Below, in pieces: positions 25,091 through 39,689 of a stretch of 64,000 nucleotides of DNA; position 1 is the first letter of the stretch, and each line of letters starts with the position of its first letter. The notes below the pieces were generated by a model. The model did no database searches and was not told where the DNA came from. It was given only the letters and a program-made list of their open reading frames with translations. The position numbers were made by a program, and so were the translations under genes. This DNA comes from Eledone cirrhosa (lineage: Eukaryota): contig OZ024740.1 in the NCBI GenBank assembly GCA_964016885.1, positions 418,686,001 to 418,750,000 on the forward strand, given 5' to 3'.

Positions 25091-27139
25091 ATTCAAATTA
25101 TTGATAATTAAAAAAATTAAAAACATAAAGAGCAGAAGATTTTTGTTAGAAATATGGCCATGAAAGGGTTAACTCTTAATGGTTCAGTCCACCCAGAGTG
25201 TAAACAGGTAGTTTGGGGGGTGGTATACAGTTCACCAATAAGCAATAGAAGCTCTGTATAATGATATGTGGTGCTGAGGAGCCCTACTATTACCAGAAAC
25301 TTAAGAGAAGGTACCTGGATACCATCCTAGCATATCCACCTTAAATGGATATCAAGGCGACATGTTCAATGGTGTTTCAGCCCCCTAATGGAGTGGGGTG
25401 AATTATTTACTCAACACATTGTAATCTTATTAATGAAATAATGATCATAACTATGGTTGTGGGGGATGATCAATATTCAATATTATAATATTAAAGATTA
25501 TGGTGATAGTAGTAATATAGATCTCTAATTTAAACACATGGCCAACAAATGAGCCTTCAGGGTAAAGTTGATTAAATCAACCCCAGTACTTGACTGGTAT
25601 TTTATTTCATCGACCCTGGAAGAATGAAAAGCAAACATGACCTCAGCAGGATTTGAACTAAAGATCCAGAACAAATGCGTAACAAAAGGGTATTTGATGC
25701 TCTACCGATTCTGCGAGTCTTCCACCCTTAATAGTAGTAATATTGTTTCTACTTTTGGCACAAGGCCATCAATTACTCAGTGCATTACTGGTACTTTATT
25801 TTATCGACGCCGTAAGGATGAAAGGCAAAGTTAACCTTGGTGGGATTTGAACTCAGACCGCAAAGGGACGTAACTATGCTGGAAAGCATGGCGTCCGACC
25901 CTCTACCGATACTGCCAAGCCACCACCCTTAATAGTAGTAATATTAACAACAGGACAGAAACAAGATAGAAACATGAATAATGGATAAAAACATAGAAGA
26001 AAAAAAAAACTGGTTTTAATTTTTAAGGCTTGCATTATTGAGAAAGGAACTATTATTGATCCATTTATTTAATAATTTATTTTTAACAAAGAGTTAGACA
26101 AATTTATAAGTAATCATAATTATCTACACATTGGTTTCATAGGGTTCAATTTTCACATAAATTTTCATTGTTGTTTTGTATACAAAGTAGCAAGTTATTT
26201 AAAATAGTTTGAGAAAGAAAAATATAAAGGGAAAAATATTTCTGTTCTCTTTCAAAAAGTTATTTAAAAGTAGAGGAATTTTAATGAAGAGAAGCTTGCT
26301 AGGATGAATACATACATATCTATTGTGTCCTAAACAATATTAATAACAAGAACAACATTATAAAGAAGAATTAATGATAATAATAATGGTTTCTTATATA
26401 GGCACAAGGCCAACAATTTTGGGGGAGGGGAAAGTTGATTAAATCAACCCAGTGTGTTACTGGTACTTTATTTTATCGACCCCGTAAGGATGAAAGGCAA
26501 AGCTAACCTTGGCGGAATTTGAACTCAGAATGTAGAGGGTCGTAACTCTATGCCGTGAAGCAGGGTATCCAACACTCTACCGATACTGCCAATCCACTGC
26601 CCTCTAATATAATAGTAATAATAATTATAGATGCCCATTTCTGTAGATGAAGAGTTAAATGTCAGTTGAATTGACTCTCACATGTAACTGGTACTTATTT
26701 CATCAACCTTGTGGGAGGAGGGTTGGAAGGTAAAATTGACCTTCGTAGGATTTAAAATCTAAACAATGAGGCATCACACTTCAAGACTCAGTCTGTGCCA
26801 AACTCACTGTCAGAGGAATTAAAATATTCATAAGACAAGAAAAGATTCATCCAGAACCAAACCAACAATAATACCAGGGGATGAAGATGATGAGGATTAT
26901 AATGATAACAACAACAACAATAATAAAGACTATGGTATAATTATGAGTCTTAATTACAACAACAAGAACAACAATTGTAATACTTTGTGTCATGAAACAT
27001 TGTTTATAATTTTCAGTGGAAAAATACAATTGTGGAAACATCCAAGTAATTTACAAAAGAAATATTCTCATTAGGAGAAAGAAGAGTATGATTGTAACAT
27101 TTTGAATACCAGTAAATAAAGCAGAATTTAAATTAAATG

Positions 27140-27402
27140 TTGAGTTGTTGTTTAGCTCCAGTTGAGTTCTGATCAAACAAAACTATGACCAAAAGTTGTT
27201 GTTTAACTCCCATTGAATCCAGACTCAACAGACTCATGATCAAAACTGGTTTGATTCCAATTGAGTCCTGATCAAACAAACCTATGATCAAAAGTTGTTG
27301 CTCAACTCCCATTGAATCCAGACTCAACAGACTCATGATCAAAACTTGTTTGATTCCATTTGAGTCCTGCTCAAACATGTCTAAGATCAAAAGTTGTTGT
27401 TT
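27140..27402. repeat. ~99-bp tandem repeat made of two related ~50-bp subunits, ~2.5 copies
   Basis: Recurrence of aaaagttgttg...ctcccattgaatccagactcaacagactcatgatcaaaact. Confidence 0.8.
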
Positions 27403-27964
27403 AAACAGCCATGAACGTCACATCTATTTTCAAATATACTGTATCTAGGACATGATTATCCAATGTGTCTCTCATATTTATTCTGACAGTAGGGTGTGAT
27501 TTGAAAGAAATTCAGCTGCTATTTATAGCTAGTTAAGAGACTACACCTGAAGCTCCCTTTTTGGCTTATATTACACCCAAGAGGTTTTTCGGGGGTATTT
27601 TAATGAATATTTTCACATTTCTTCTTCTTTCTCTCTATGTTAACTGTGACAAATTAATTAAGCTATTTTCCTAATGATATAACTAGAATTATGAGGCCTG
27701 AATATATAAAAAAAATAGTCAAACAGTAAAAAAACTAATTAAATATTTAAAGAGAAAGAAAGAAAAAAAAGAAAGGAAGGAAGAAAAGAAGGAAAAAGAA
27801 AGAAAGAAATAGTAGCTATCAAGTTTTATAAGTTGTTTTTTTTAGTTGTTGTTGTCAGATTTATTTGTTAGATATTTAATTAAATTTCTGTTGTTTATTG
27901 AAGAAAATATATAATTTCGATATTCTAGATAGCAAATATACAATAAAATATATACGAATGTAAG

Positions 27965-27996
<32 letters not shown>

Positions 27997-28034
27997 TGTA
28001 TGTATGTATGTATGTATGTATGTATGTATGTATG

Positions 28035-28068
<34 letters not shown>

Positions 28069-28118
28069 CGTATGTATGTATGTATGTATGTATGTATGTA
28101 TGTATGCATGTATGTATG

Positions 28119-28798
28119 TTCTTCTGGTTTTATAATTTCACAAAGTTTTACCAATAGAGAGAGAGTCGGTTTCTAACATAGACACAAGACTCTCTCATTA
28201 GAATTTACACATCAACTAGGTAGATATGTATGTATGCATGCATGTGTAGATATGGATGTTATTGTATGTGTGGATGTGGATGTTTTGAGTTGTATGTGTG
28301 CATGTGTATATGCTTTGTATCTGTACATGTGTATATGCAGTTATTAGATGCAACATTTTTGGAATGTTTTACATATTTTTACTGTTCCATTAATGGATTG
28401 TACTTGTAATTTCCTAACTAGTTGTGTTCTTTCTGTTCCTGTGAAGCCTAGCTTCTCAAGATTTGTATTGAGGCAGTTACTAACATATCCCAGTGCCCCA
28501 ATAATCACAGGCATAAATCTGAAGGTGTAATCAGGGTGGAGTATCTGCAGATTTCTCATCAGTTCTGCATAAATATTCTCCTTTTCACTAATCTTTGATA
28601 TTATATTGGCATCTGCTGGGCAGCTAATTTCCACTACTGTGCATGTTTTCTTCTCCCTGTCCCATATCATAATATCTGGTCTGTTATGCCTGCATTTTAT
28701 TAGGGTTTTTATTGGAACATTCCACCAGTACTCTTTCATATTATGTACATGGATGTCTTCCACATTGTTGTAGCTTTTAATGTGTTTATTATCGGGGC
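28119..28798 (-). mobile_element. 5'-truncated R4/Dong-like retrotransposon (restriction-like endonuclease C-terminus + 3'UTR)
   Basis: WWN.PI...HNRPDIMIWD...VVEISCP...EK..Y..L...PVIIGALG motifs; flanked both sides by (TATG)n at 27962-28118 and 28799-28900. Confidence 0.8.
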
Positions 28799-29145
28799 TA
28801 TGTATGTATGTATGTATGTATGTATGTATGTATGTATGTATGTATGTATGTATGTATGTATGTATGTATGTTTGTATGTATGTATGTAAGTGTGTATGTA
28901 TGGATGTCAAAGAAATCAGAGATTTCCTTTCTTTTTAAATATTAATTTTGATATTTTTAGTAATAAATCAATGAAGTATTTATTAGTATGAAATAAACAT
29001 GTAAAAAAGATATTTAGTAAACAATGGCAGTGCTCCAGCATGGCCACAGCCTGTTGGTTGGAACACGTAAATGAGTAAAAGAGTAAGTAAACTAAAGGAC
29101 TGCAGATACACTGATGTAAAATACTTTCTCTAATATATTTCTTTC

Positions 29146-30012
29146 ATGAATCCTGGGAGTTCTGAAGTACTTAAGTACAGTCATGGAATCTGTGATAACA
29201 AATGAATTACAATGAATTCTGGGAGTTCTGAAGTACTTAAGTACATTCATGGAATCTGTGATAACAGATGAATTACAATGAATTCTGGGAGTTCTGAAGT
29301 ATTTAAGTACAGTCATGGAATCTGTGATAACAGATGAATTACAATGAATTCTGGGAGTTCTGAAGTATTTAAGTACAGTCATGGAATCTGTGATAACAGA
29401 TGAATTACAATGAATTCTGGGAGTTCTGAAGTATTTAAGTACAGTCATGGAATCTGTGATAACAAATGAATTACAATGAATTCTGGGAGTTCTGAAGTAC
29501 TTAAGTACATTCATGGAATCTGTGATAACAGATGAATTACAATGAATTCTGGGAGTTCTGAAGTATTTAAGTACAGTCATGGAATCTGTGATAACAGATG
29601 AATTACAATGAATTCTGGGAGTTCTGAAGTATTTAAGTACAGTCATGGAATCTGTGATAACAGATGAATTACAATGAATTCTGGGAGTTCTGAAGTACTT
29701 AAGTACAGTCATGGAATCTGTGATAACAGATGAATTACAATGAATTCTGGGAGTTCTGAAGTACTTAAGTACAGTCATGGAATCTGTGATAACAGATGAA
29801 TTACAATGAATTCTGGGAGTTCTGAAGTACTTAAGTACAGTCATAGAATCTGTGATAACAGATGAATTACAATGAATTCTGGGAGTTCTGAAGTACTAAA
29901 GTACAGTCATGGAATCTGTGATAACAGATGAATTACAATGAATTCTGGGAGTTCTGAAGTACTAAAGTACAGTCATGGAATCTGTGATAACAGATGAATT
30001 ACAATGAATTAC
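29146..30012. repeat. 66-bp tandem satellite, ~13 copies
   Basis: Unit gaattctgggagttctgaagtacttaagtacagtcatggaatctgtgataacagatgaattacaat. Confidence 0.97.
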
Positions 30013-30018
30013 AGTGGA

Positions 30019-30650
30019 ATATGTATATTATTCTATGTATTATACATGCACCTTTGATGAGTTGTAGTGCACCTGAGCACTGTACACAATAATTTCATTA
30101 TTATCACCAGTCTGGAACCCCTATCTTGCTCAGAACATTGACCCCCTGGAAACTGTTCAGAGACGTGCAACCAAGCGAATACCCTCCATCAGGCGTCTAC
30201 CATACTCTGAACACCTTGCTTCCCTGGGCATGGATACATTGAAGCTCCGACGCCTGGCAACTGACTTGGTAAACACCCACAAAACTGTTAACCATCTTGC
30301 AAACAACAACCCTGAGTACCTTTTTGATTTTCATGTGTCTAACACACGTGGGCATGCCCACAAAGTCAGAAAACATGACTTTCAGAAACATTTTTCACGC
30401 TCAGAGTTGCTGAAGCATGGAACAAACTACCTACATCGGTTGTTAGCTGTCGAGACACTGCATCCTTTAAGGCCTCCATGCTTCCCGAGATTCGCCAACA
30501 CTACACCTGATATCCCCCCTCCATACACATACATGCATGTATATCATGACTCATACACTATTCACTTCCCTGACATTTGTGTATTATTCTATGTACTATA
30601 CATGCACCTTTGATGAGTTGTAGTGCACCTGAGCACTTTACACAATAATT

Positions 30651-30679
<29 letters not shown>
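30019..30679 (+). mobile_element. Two tandem CR1 3' fragments (30019-30104 tail only; 30105-30679)
   Basis: Similarity to 17955-18483; (ATT)n tails. Confidence 0.9.
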
Positions 30680-30681
<2 letters not shown>

Positions 30682-30730
30682 AAACATAGGAACTCATCAT
30701 TGTAACTGAATTTCTTAACCATTTGCCTCT

Positions 30731-31420
30731 GCACACACACACACACATGCACGTGCGCACACACACACATACAAACATACACACACACACACACACATGC
30801 ATACACATATACCCACACATACATACACACACACCCACACATACAAAAATACACACACACACACACACCCAACACACCCACACATGCACACACACATACA
30901 CACACTGCTACTCAGAGCTTTGTGAAATGAATGTTGGTGATTTTGGTTGTTTATAACAACATATTTTGTAAGGGCAGTTAATGAAAAAATATACAAGGTA
31001 AAAATAGAAAAAAATAATACAAAATGGATACACACACATTAATATTTGTGTATTGATGAATGTTTATATGTGTGTGTATGTATTATGTATGTATATATAT
31101 ATGCATGTGTATGTGTGTATATATGTGTGTGTATGTATGTATATATATATATGTATGTATGTGTGTGTGTATATATATGTATGTATGTGTGTGTGTATAT
31201 ATATATGTATGTATGTGTGTGTGTCTATATATGTATGTATATGTGTATATATATATATGTATGTATGTGTGTGTATATATATGTATGTGTGTGTATATAT
31301 ATATATATATGTATGTGTGTGTATATATATGTATGTATGTATGTGTGTGTGTGTATATATATATATATGTATATATATATATGTGTGTGTGTGTGTGTCT
31401 ATATATATATATATTTATAT
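30731..31420. repeat. Compound CA/TG/TA microsatellites; similar tracts at 34985-35095, 37730-38150, 40285-40370, 51370-52503
   Basis: Direct reading. Confidence 0.95.
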
Positions 31421-31914
31421 GATCTCACACATACAGAATACAGACATGTCAGTTTGCCAAATTTATGCATTTCTCTTTAAATTAAAAAATATATGAATAT
31501 TCTTAATTAATGTGTTACCTTAATTAGATTCTCATCAAAGAATATGAACATCAAACAACCCCGAGGAAATATGTAGAAGCCGGCCTTATAAAGATTTGTA
31601 GTAATGATCACAAAAGGAATGATTAATTTACAGGTTTTCTTGCACTATGCTGGTAGTTAATATATATTAAATTGCACACTGAGCAGCTGAAGTATATGTT
31701 AAATTTATATCTGTACATGTACAGTACAAGGCTTTATAAGGTCATTGTTAGGCATTTCTTGTGGGTGTTTGATGTACATATTGTCTGATGAGACCCCAAT
31801 AAGTGTTGAAAATCAAATTAGAATATTCATCATTTCTTCAATTTTCAGAAAATTATATGTACAGAACATATTTACATGTCTATATACTCTATGTGCAATT
31901 GAATATATATATAT

Positions 31915-32013
31915 ATTATAGAAATGACTTCTACAGGACTAGAACTGTTTCATTTGTGAGAAGATTTCTTGTGAATAAAGCAGTTCTAGTCATATAGAAA
32001 TAATTTCTATAAT
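31915..32013. repeat. Degenerate fold-back of the same family as 58960-59089, central core deleted
   Basis: Shares ttctacaggactagaa.tgtttcattt.tgagaa / gatttct...gaat.aa.cagttctagtc arms. Confidence 0.75.
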
Positions 32014-33950
32014 AAAATGAATACTCCTATACTTTACTAATGTACTGAGTCCCTTTTTTGACAGTGGTTGCCTCTCGATTTACATTGAGATCCTATATAT
32101 GTTCAGGGCATTCACCCTCTCTGCCCCTCAATAAATCTGAACCTGGGGAGTTGCTCCATTATAGATTTTCATGATAATAGCAATCTCAGAGCTGCAGAAC
32201 AAAATCAACTTATTGACATATCATGTGATATATGTGACATATCATGTGACATATCATTGAAATCAAAATTTTCAGAACTATCAATTTATGGATATCAATG
32301 ATACATAAGGAATATTCTGAGATTGCAGCAATGATTTAAAAGCATTACCATTCTTTTCTACTGCATATGTATGTGATCTGGTACTCTCATCATTAACTCT
32401 TGCATGAAGCCATATTAGCAAGACATTCTTCCATGCAGTTACTGCATGGAAGAATCATTTTTAATCACGTAAAAACACACACAAAAACTGTTAACTTTAC
32501 ATTATATATATATATAATCATTGGTGTCAATATTATACATCATCATCATTTAACATCCATTTAACATTATCATTTAACATCCATGCTAGCATGGGTTAGA
32601 CATCCTGTTGTGAGTCAAGTCAGGTCAGATGACCGTGTCTTGCTCATACAGAACTGTTTCTGGCTTGCTTTATAGTACTTATAAATAAAGTTAACAGTTT
32701 TTATGTTTTTAAATGTCTAAACTGACTCTTCCATACTATAATTGTTTTAATTTCAACAGACAGTCTCAGATCATATCACTCACCAATCAAGCACGACTCC
32801 AAAAAGTATAAAACAGTCTGTACTTTAATATTGCAAATTTTCACAATGATATCTCTTCTCATAAAGATACTATAAACATTTGAATTAACAACCCACTTCA
32901 GATATTTTCTACTAAATCATCACAGGATGTTAAGAATTAAAGAATCTATAACACTGGTCAACAAAATTTAGCTTTTTTTCTGCTGAAGACCTGTTCTTGA
33001 GCAATTTGGGGCCACTGTGTTTAAAAATCACAATCCTTTTTTTTCTCTCACATTAAGTTTTTTATCTATTGGTTGGTCTATATTGGCCTCACCCACAGCT
33101 ACAAGAGATATAAGTGGAAACTGAACTATGTATCACATTGTTAAATATTCCACTACAACTAAATGTAATTTGTAAATCACATCAAAGTCAGTCTCATCAA
33201 TTTCCTAGCAACACATTAAATCTGTGAAAACAAAATTAGAATTGGTTTTTGCTCTAACATAGCGGATACTTAAATGTACTTGTGAGTTTTATGATGAATA
33301 ATGATAATATTCAATTTGTTTGCAAGCAAACCGCCTCATTACAGTATATTTTTAGATGACCATCGCCATCCTTTCGTTCTAGCAGTGATAGAGAGAAACA
33401 ATTGACAATATTGTTTCTGGGTTATTGCCCTTTTTCAAGATTGTGTATCTCTCTCCAGTCACTCATTAGAACTCTTGAGAATATGTAGTATTCTCTAAAG
33501 TATACATCGACTGATTAGCCTAATTTGCATACCAAACAATTTTACTGCTGGCTTTGCTACAACAAAAGGAGGACAATGGTCATCTATAAAATATATCAAA
33601 ATGAGGCTGTTTGCTTGAAAACGAATCAAACATTACTATTATTATTCGATATTAAACTCACAGATACATTCAATGTGTTTTTCTCTTTACTTGCATTGAT
33701 TAGTTATGTCAGATAAGTTGATAGATTTTTTTCTGTGATAAAAAGACTTTTTAGAACTTATTGGTCTGAGTCATCAGTGGGTGTGTCATAAATGAATACT
33801 ATCTAGGTGTGTTGTGTTCTGAGGAAGGTTGGCAACCACTGTTTTATATAAATAGAATGCATTAGATAGATACTAGGAAAAAAATTGTTCAAATTGCAAA
33901 TTAAATAAATTTGAATGTATTTCGTGTGTGTGTATGTACACATGCACCCC

Positions 33951-33982
<32 letters not shown>

Positions 33983-34121
33983 TGCATGTGCACATACACA
34001 CACACATACATATATATATGGTATTGTCCCGTAACCCCTGATAGAGTCGTAGGTGTGCCATATTAACATACAGCATTTCTTGGGCATTTTGAGCCTGGCG
34101 GAGCCCTAGCCTTTCCCGGCC

Positions 34122-34163
<42 letters not shown>

Positions 34164-34291
34164 GTGTAATATGTTATTAAATATGTTATAATGCAACACT
34201 GACTCTTTGTTCCTTTATTCTTATAGTATAGTATAGTATATATATAGTGACGAAACATAAGTCAATTGCATGAACTCATAATCCTTTATTT

Positions 34292-34347
34292 ACTGCTATA
34301 TATATTTCGATGATAGCCATTGAATGGCTATGACCTCATCAGGCAGT
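34292..34347 (-). ncRNA. Type I hammerhead ribozyme motif in a probable Penelope-like LTR remnant
   Basis: ACUGC-CUGAUGA-GGUC AUAGCCA(UUCAA)UGGCUAU CAUC-GAAA-UAUAUA-UA-GCAGU followed by AAUAAA. Confidence 0.7.
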
Positions 34348-34406
34348 TAGTCAGTTCTTAAATATGCCAGCTCTGTGTGTATAGTGTTGATGGTATCAGA
34401 GCCTTT

Positions 34407-34441
<35 letters not shown>

Positions 34442-34982
34442 TCTCTGGATTTTGGTCTTTGTATTTATTATTACTATAATATATATATACATATATATAT
34501 ATATATATTCACACATACACACTTATATGTATGTATGTAGTTCCGATGATGTTGATCTTTTCTTCTTTTCGGGTTATAGCTACTGTCGCTTAGAGAGTGG
34601 GATTGGCTCAGTGCACAGTCTTTCCTCACTTTAAAAAAAATCTTCACGCACAGGCATTGCACAATAGAATTAATTAATATTTATTAATAATGGTGTATTG
34701 TGCAATGGTTATACTCAATAACGAGCGGGCGGCCATCATGTATGTATGTATGTGTGTATGTATGTATGTGTGTGTGTGTGTGAGAAAAGTCAACAAGGAA
34801 AAACAACACAGGAGAACAATAGATTATGCTGATGATATATTTAACACTTTATATAATAGGAAAAAAGTTTTAATGTTTGGGATGTTAGTCCTTCATCAGA
34901 AGATAGAATGAGAAATAGAATAAACAGAAATATAGAGGAGAATAAGAATAGAAAAAGGCAGAAAATGTTTTTCACATGAGGA

Positions 34983-35071
<89 letters not shown>

Positions 35072-35609
35072 TATGTGTGTGTATGTGTTTGTGTGTTTAC
35101 TTTTTGGGTTATATATACTTTTTGTGTTGTTATTTTTTGTATTTATCTTTATAAACATTATTTCTATATATATTTTGGACATATATTTTATTTTTATTTT
35201 GTGGCATCATTTTTCATTTACTTACATATAGAAATGAAGTAGGAGCCAATATATCCAATTAAAAAGCAGAGTTGAAAACTCATGTTAATTCCCTATAATT
35301 TAATGAGCTCAAGGAATAGATTCTGGGCTCTTTATAAATCCGTATATAGAGAGAAATATACAATGTTCCATTATAGGGGATAGAGAACCACCAGAGTGTA
35401 GAACATATTGTCTATGAAAGATCATCATCATCATCGTTTAACATCTATTTTCCATCCCTTGCTAGCAGGGCAAGCAGATGTTAAAATTATATATATATAT
35501 ATAAACTATACACACTTGATCAACGAAACAATTGTCAGTACTTTAAATAAAGCCCTTATTGTACAGCCAACCATGTTACTCTTCTTTCTTTAAAACTATA
35601 TATAAATAA

Positions 35610-35647
<38 letters not shown>

Positions 35648-35701
35648 AACCCATGGTAGCATGAAAAAAATCAATGTTAAACGATGATGGCGATGATGAT
35701 A

Positions 35702-36566
35702 TAGAGAGCTTATACCACTATTAGCTGCTAAAGGGTTCTCCCTAAAAATGAAAGGCAGGTTGTACGATGCCTGCATATGAACAGCAATGTTGCATGGCAG
35801 TGAGACCTGGGCATTGTGTGCAGAGGATATACGCAGACTAGAGAGGAATGAAGCTTGCATGCTCCGCTGGATGTGTAACAGTAATATACGTGAACGGCAA
35901 AGCATAAACGAACTAAGGAAAAAATTAGAGATAAGAGGGATCAGATGTTGTTTACTCGAGAGAAGGCTACGTTGGTATGGACACGTGATGCGCATGAAAG
36001 TCGATAGCTGTATAACAAAGTGCAGGGCAATAAAGATAGACGGTAGTCACGGAATAGGCAGACCTAGAAAAACCTGGGACGAGCTGATAAACTCCGACAT
36101 CACACACTTACACCTCTCCAAGACAATGTCACTGGACCGAGACCTTTGGCGGTACTCAGTAACAGAGAAGACCCGCCTTACCTAAATATATAGTAAAACC
36201 TACTCCAGCCAGTAGGCATCTATAACAAAATACCCCCCCCCCCCATCCACACCACCCCGTTCTATGTAAAGTTATGTTGGTGCTGCGCCATCCAGGCCGA
36301 AACAAATGAGATCGTGTAGGTGTCACGACAAAAAAACACACAGTCCACGCTGTAATGTGGCCGTGTAGGCAACACGGTAAAAACCTCCCAGACCCACACT
36401 GTAAATGTGGTTGGTGTTAGGAAGGGCATCCAACTGTAGAAAACCTGCCAGACAGTCCTATGCGAGCAAGACAATCACTCTTGCCTCAAGTGGGACTACC
36501 CCCGTCCAAACCCATGCAAGCGTGGAACACGGACGTTAAACGTTGATGATGATGATGATGATGATA
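35702..36566 (+). mobile_element. 5'-truncated RTE LINE, diverged relative of family A
   Basis: HGSETW, LRWMC, LRWYGHVMR, GRPRKTW motifs; 3'UTR with GGAAGGGCATCC block and (GAT)n tail. Confidence 0.85.
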
Positions 36567-37029
36567 TATTCATATAATTATATTTAATCATGGGTTAGTT
36601 TTTATTCAAATGTAACATATTAGTTTCTGATTTTGTCTTACTGGTCTTATTAAGTAAATATTAAATTACTATTTTTTTTTCGAAAGGGATTAAATTTAAT
36701 TAAGTTTTATGATTTTTATATTCTATTAATTTATAATCATACTCATGTTTCTCAATTAATTTATGACACAGTTTATCATATACCTTAAAGCTTATTTATT
36801 GCTAATTATTAATTTAGTTATATATATATATAATAATAATTGTTTCTACTTTTGGCACAAGGCCAGCAATTACCCAGTGCATTACTGGTACTTTATTTTA
36901 TTGATCCCATAAGGATGAAAGGCAAAGCTAACCATGGTGGGATTTGAACTCAGAATGGAAAGGGCCGTAACTCTATGCGTCAAAGCATGGCGTCTGACCC
37001 TCTACCGACACTGCCAATCCACCGCCCAC

Positions 37030-37073
<44 letters not shown>

Positions 37074-37552
37074 TAATAATAATAGAATTATGATAATTGA
37101 CAAAGAGAAACAAGCAAGAAGAACAAAAGCAAGGCAAAATGAAAAAAAAAAATGGCAAAAAGGCAAACGAAAGACACAGGACTCCAAGATCTTCAGCCAC
37201 TGAGATGGACTTAGGCAGTTTCAACCCTTAATATATATATATATATATATATTAGTTTATGTATATATATAAGTTCATTCATTTTACGTCCACTTTTCCC
37301 TGCTTGCAAGGGTGGGACGGGAACTGATTCTGGCTTGATTTCTACAGCTGGATGCCCTTCCTAACACCAACCTCATTTACAGTGAGTGCTGGGTGCTTTT
37401 TTGCCGTGGCACCTCCACGACCAGTTTGCAGTGGAATTATAGGGACCTCAGTCCCTATCATCTCATTTCTACAGCTGAGTAAACTGGAGCAATGTGAAAT
37501 AAAGTGTCTTGCTCAAGGAAACAACACATCACCCGGTCTGGGAATTGAACTC

Positions 37553-37588
<36 letters not shown>

Positions 37589-37724
37589 TTTATGTATATA
37601 TATGATATATTAGTTTTGTGAAAATAATTGCTAATTAACTGTTTCCAATTAACTTATTGTTTACTTAAGCATGTACCACATACACATTAAAGAATGGATT
37701 TAAGATTTAATCTTGGTTTTCTTC

Positions 37725-37791
<67 letters not shown>

Positions 37792-37871
37792 TGTGGTGCT
37801 GATACCAAGGAGACCACTAAATTCTGAAACCATTTGCCGCCACGGTCAGGATTTTACATGTCTCTCTCCCG

Positions 37872-37922
<51 letters not shown>

Positions 37923-37933
37923 CATATATATAA

Positions 37934-37966
<33 letters not shown>

Positions 37967-38539
37967 CGTATATATATATATATATACATACACACATATA
38001 CATACACATATATGTATGTTAGTTAGGTATACATTATATATATAGAGAGAGATATGTGTGTGCGTGCGTGTGTGTGTGCATGTGTGAATCTGTGTGTGTG
38101 TGCATGTGTGTATCTGTGTGTGTATGCGTGTGTGTATCTGTGTGTGTGTGTTGTTTTAAAATATTCAGCCATGCTACCTAGAAATAATAGGAATTTTCTA
38201 TGTATTTAGTTTTCAAGAACAATGGTCATAAAAGAGTAAACAGACGAGAAGTTGGTTTCAATGAATATATTTACAATAACAATATTGTTATTGTAATACA
38301 GTAAACTGTACTTTTGTAGAATTAGAATCTCCCAAAAGTCTTCAAATATAATTCTACTGGAATATTTGAAATATACAGAAAATGAAATGTTATCTAGTAT
38401 TAAGATGATTTTATGATTTCTTAATAAAGATTAGACTGAAAGAAAGTTTTGTACTGTATTTGGCTAGGTTTTTGTAAACATGCTGCAAATATCCGGCATA
38501 TTTCTTTAGATTCATAAATAATTTCTAAATATTAGCAGG

Positions 38540-38862
38540 TGTGGAGGAGATGAGAGAGTCACTCCAAGTAGAGCTGCTACTTCTCCGAATTGAGAGATAA
38601 CAACTCCAATACTATGAGCATGTGGTTAGAATGTCTCAGGAAAGAATCTCTGGACAGATTTTACAGGTAAAACCAACCGGCAAGTGATGCAGGGGTAGAT
38701 CCTGAGCAAGATGGTTGAATAACATCTATGAGCTTGGTTGGTCATGCTTGGGGATCCAGCTGGATCAAATAGAGATGGTTGCTTCTAACGGGAGCTGCTG
38801 GAAGGAGTCTTTCAGGACTCTGCCCCCACAACCCTCTCAGGAATAAGTGGGCGAAGAAGAAG
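38540..38862 (+). mobile_element. Degenerate RTE-clade 3' fragment; other RTE remnants at ~10975-11340(-), 41750-42000(+), 46215-46350(-), 56930-57060(+)
   Basis: Decayed L...H.VRM..ER...GRP motif; CTKCNKDCHS.IGLHSH zinc-finger end at ~46280-46345; PHD-region homology at ~56970. Confidence 0.55.
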
Positions 38863-39689
38863 TAAAAAAAAAAAATTCTGTCTCCACCCACCCCCTCTTC
38901 CACCCTTAAATGCTTAAATGCAACAACACCTTAAATCTGATCTTATTCATGATTACAGAAAGATTCATGACATATCTGAGAATATATCTTACATGAAACT
39001 CCAACTTGCAGAATAAAGTGCAGTGAGAAAACAAACAAACAAAAAAAAACAATAGTTTAAAACAACTAAAAATTTACATATAAAAAATAATTATTTTGAA
39101 CTTAACATTTTTATTGGAGGAATAACATGTAAAAAGGTAAGAATAGAAGCCAAATGATATCACAGTATTAAAAATAAACAAATAAAATGGTATTTGTCTA
39201 CACACGCAAAGAGGGGAAACTGGCATTTAATGAAATATATATATAATATATATTAAATACATATAATTATATAATTATAATATATATTAAGTATATATAA
39301 ATATATACATATAAATATAATAGATAATAAATATATATATTATATAAATATTATAACAAAAGAACTATAATAACTATAGCTAAAATATGAAATAATTTCC
39401 TCATGTAATTCAGTTGATGTCACAATTCTGACATATACTGTATATACATGAATATAAGTCACCCCAGTCTGCTTTATGATGTGAGAAATAGACAAAAATC
39501 GAAACCCTGTTTATAAACTGAGGAGCCAATCAACACATTACTTAGATGACGTATATAAGCTAACCTCCAATTTTATCATCAATATTTTGGTCACATATTC
39601 CTCGGTTTATATTCAAGTACATACAGTAATTTATATAATGAAGAAAGACTGTGAAGATATTTACAGTATCAAAAAAATAAGAAGAAAGA

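Noticed and set aside
29146-30012. CRISPR-like array, or the 250-aa repeat protein in ORF 29092-29844
   Set aside because: No unique spacers or cas genes; eukaryotic context; the ORF follows from a 66-bp unit that is stop-free in one frame.
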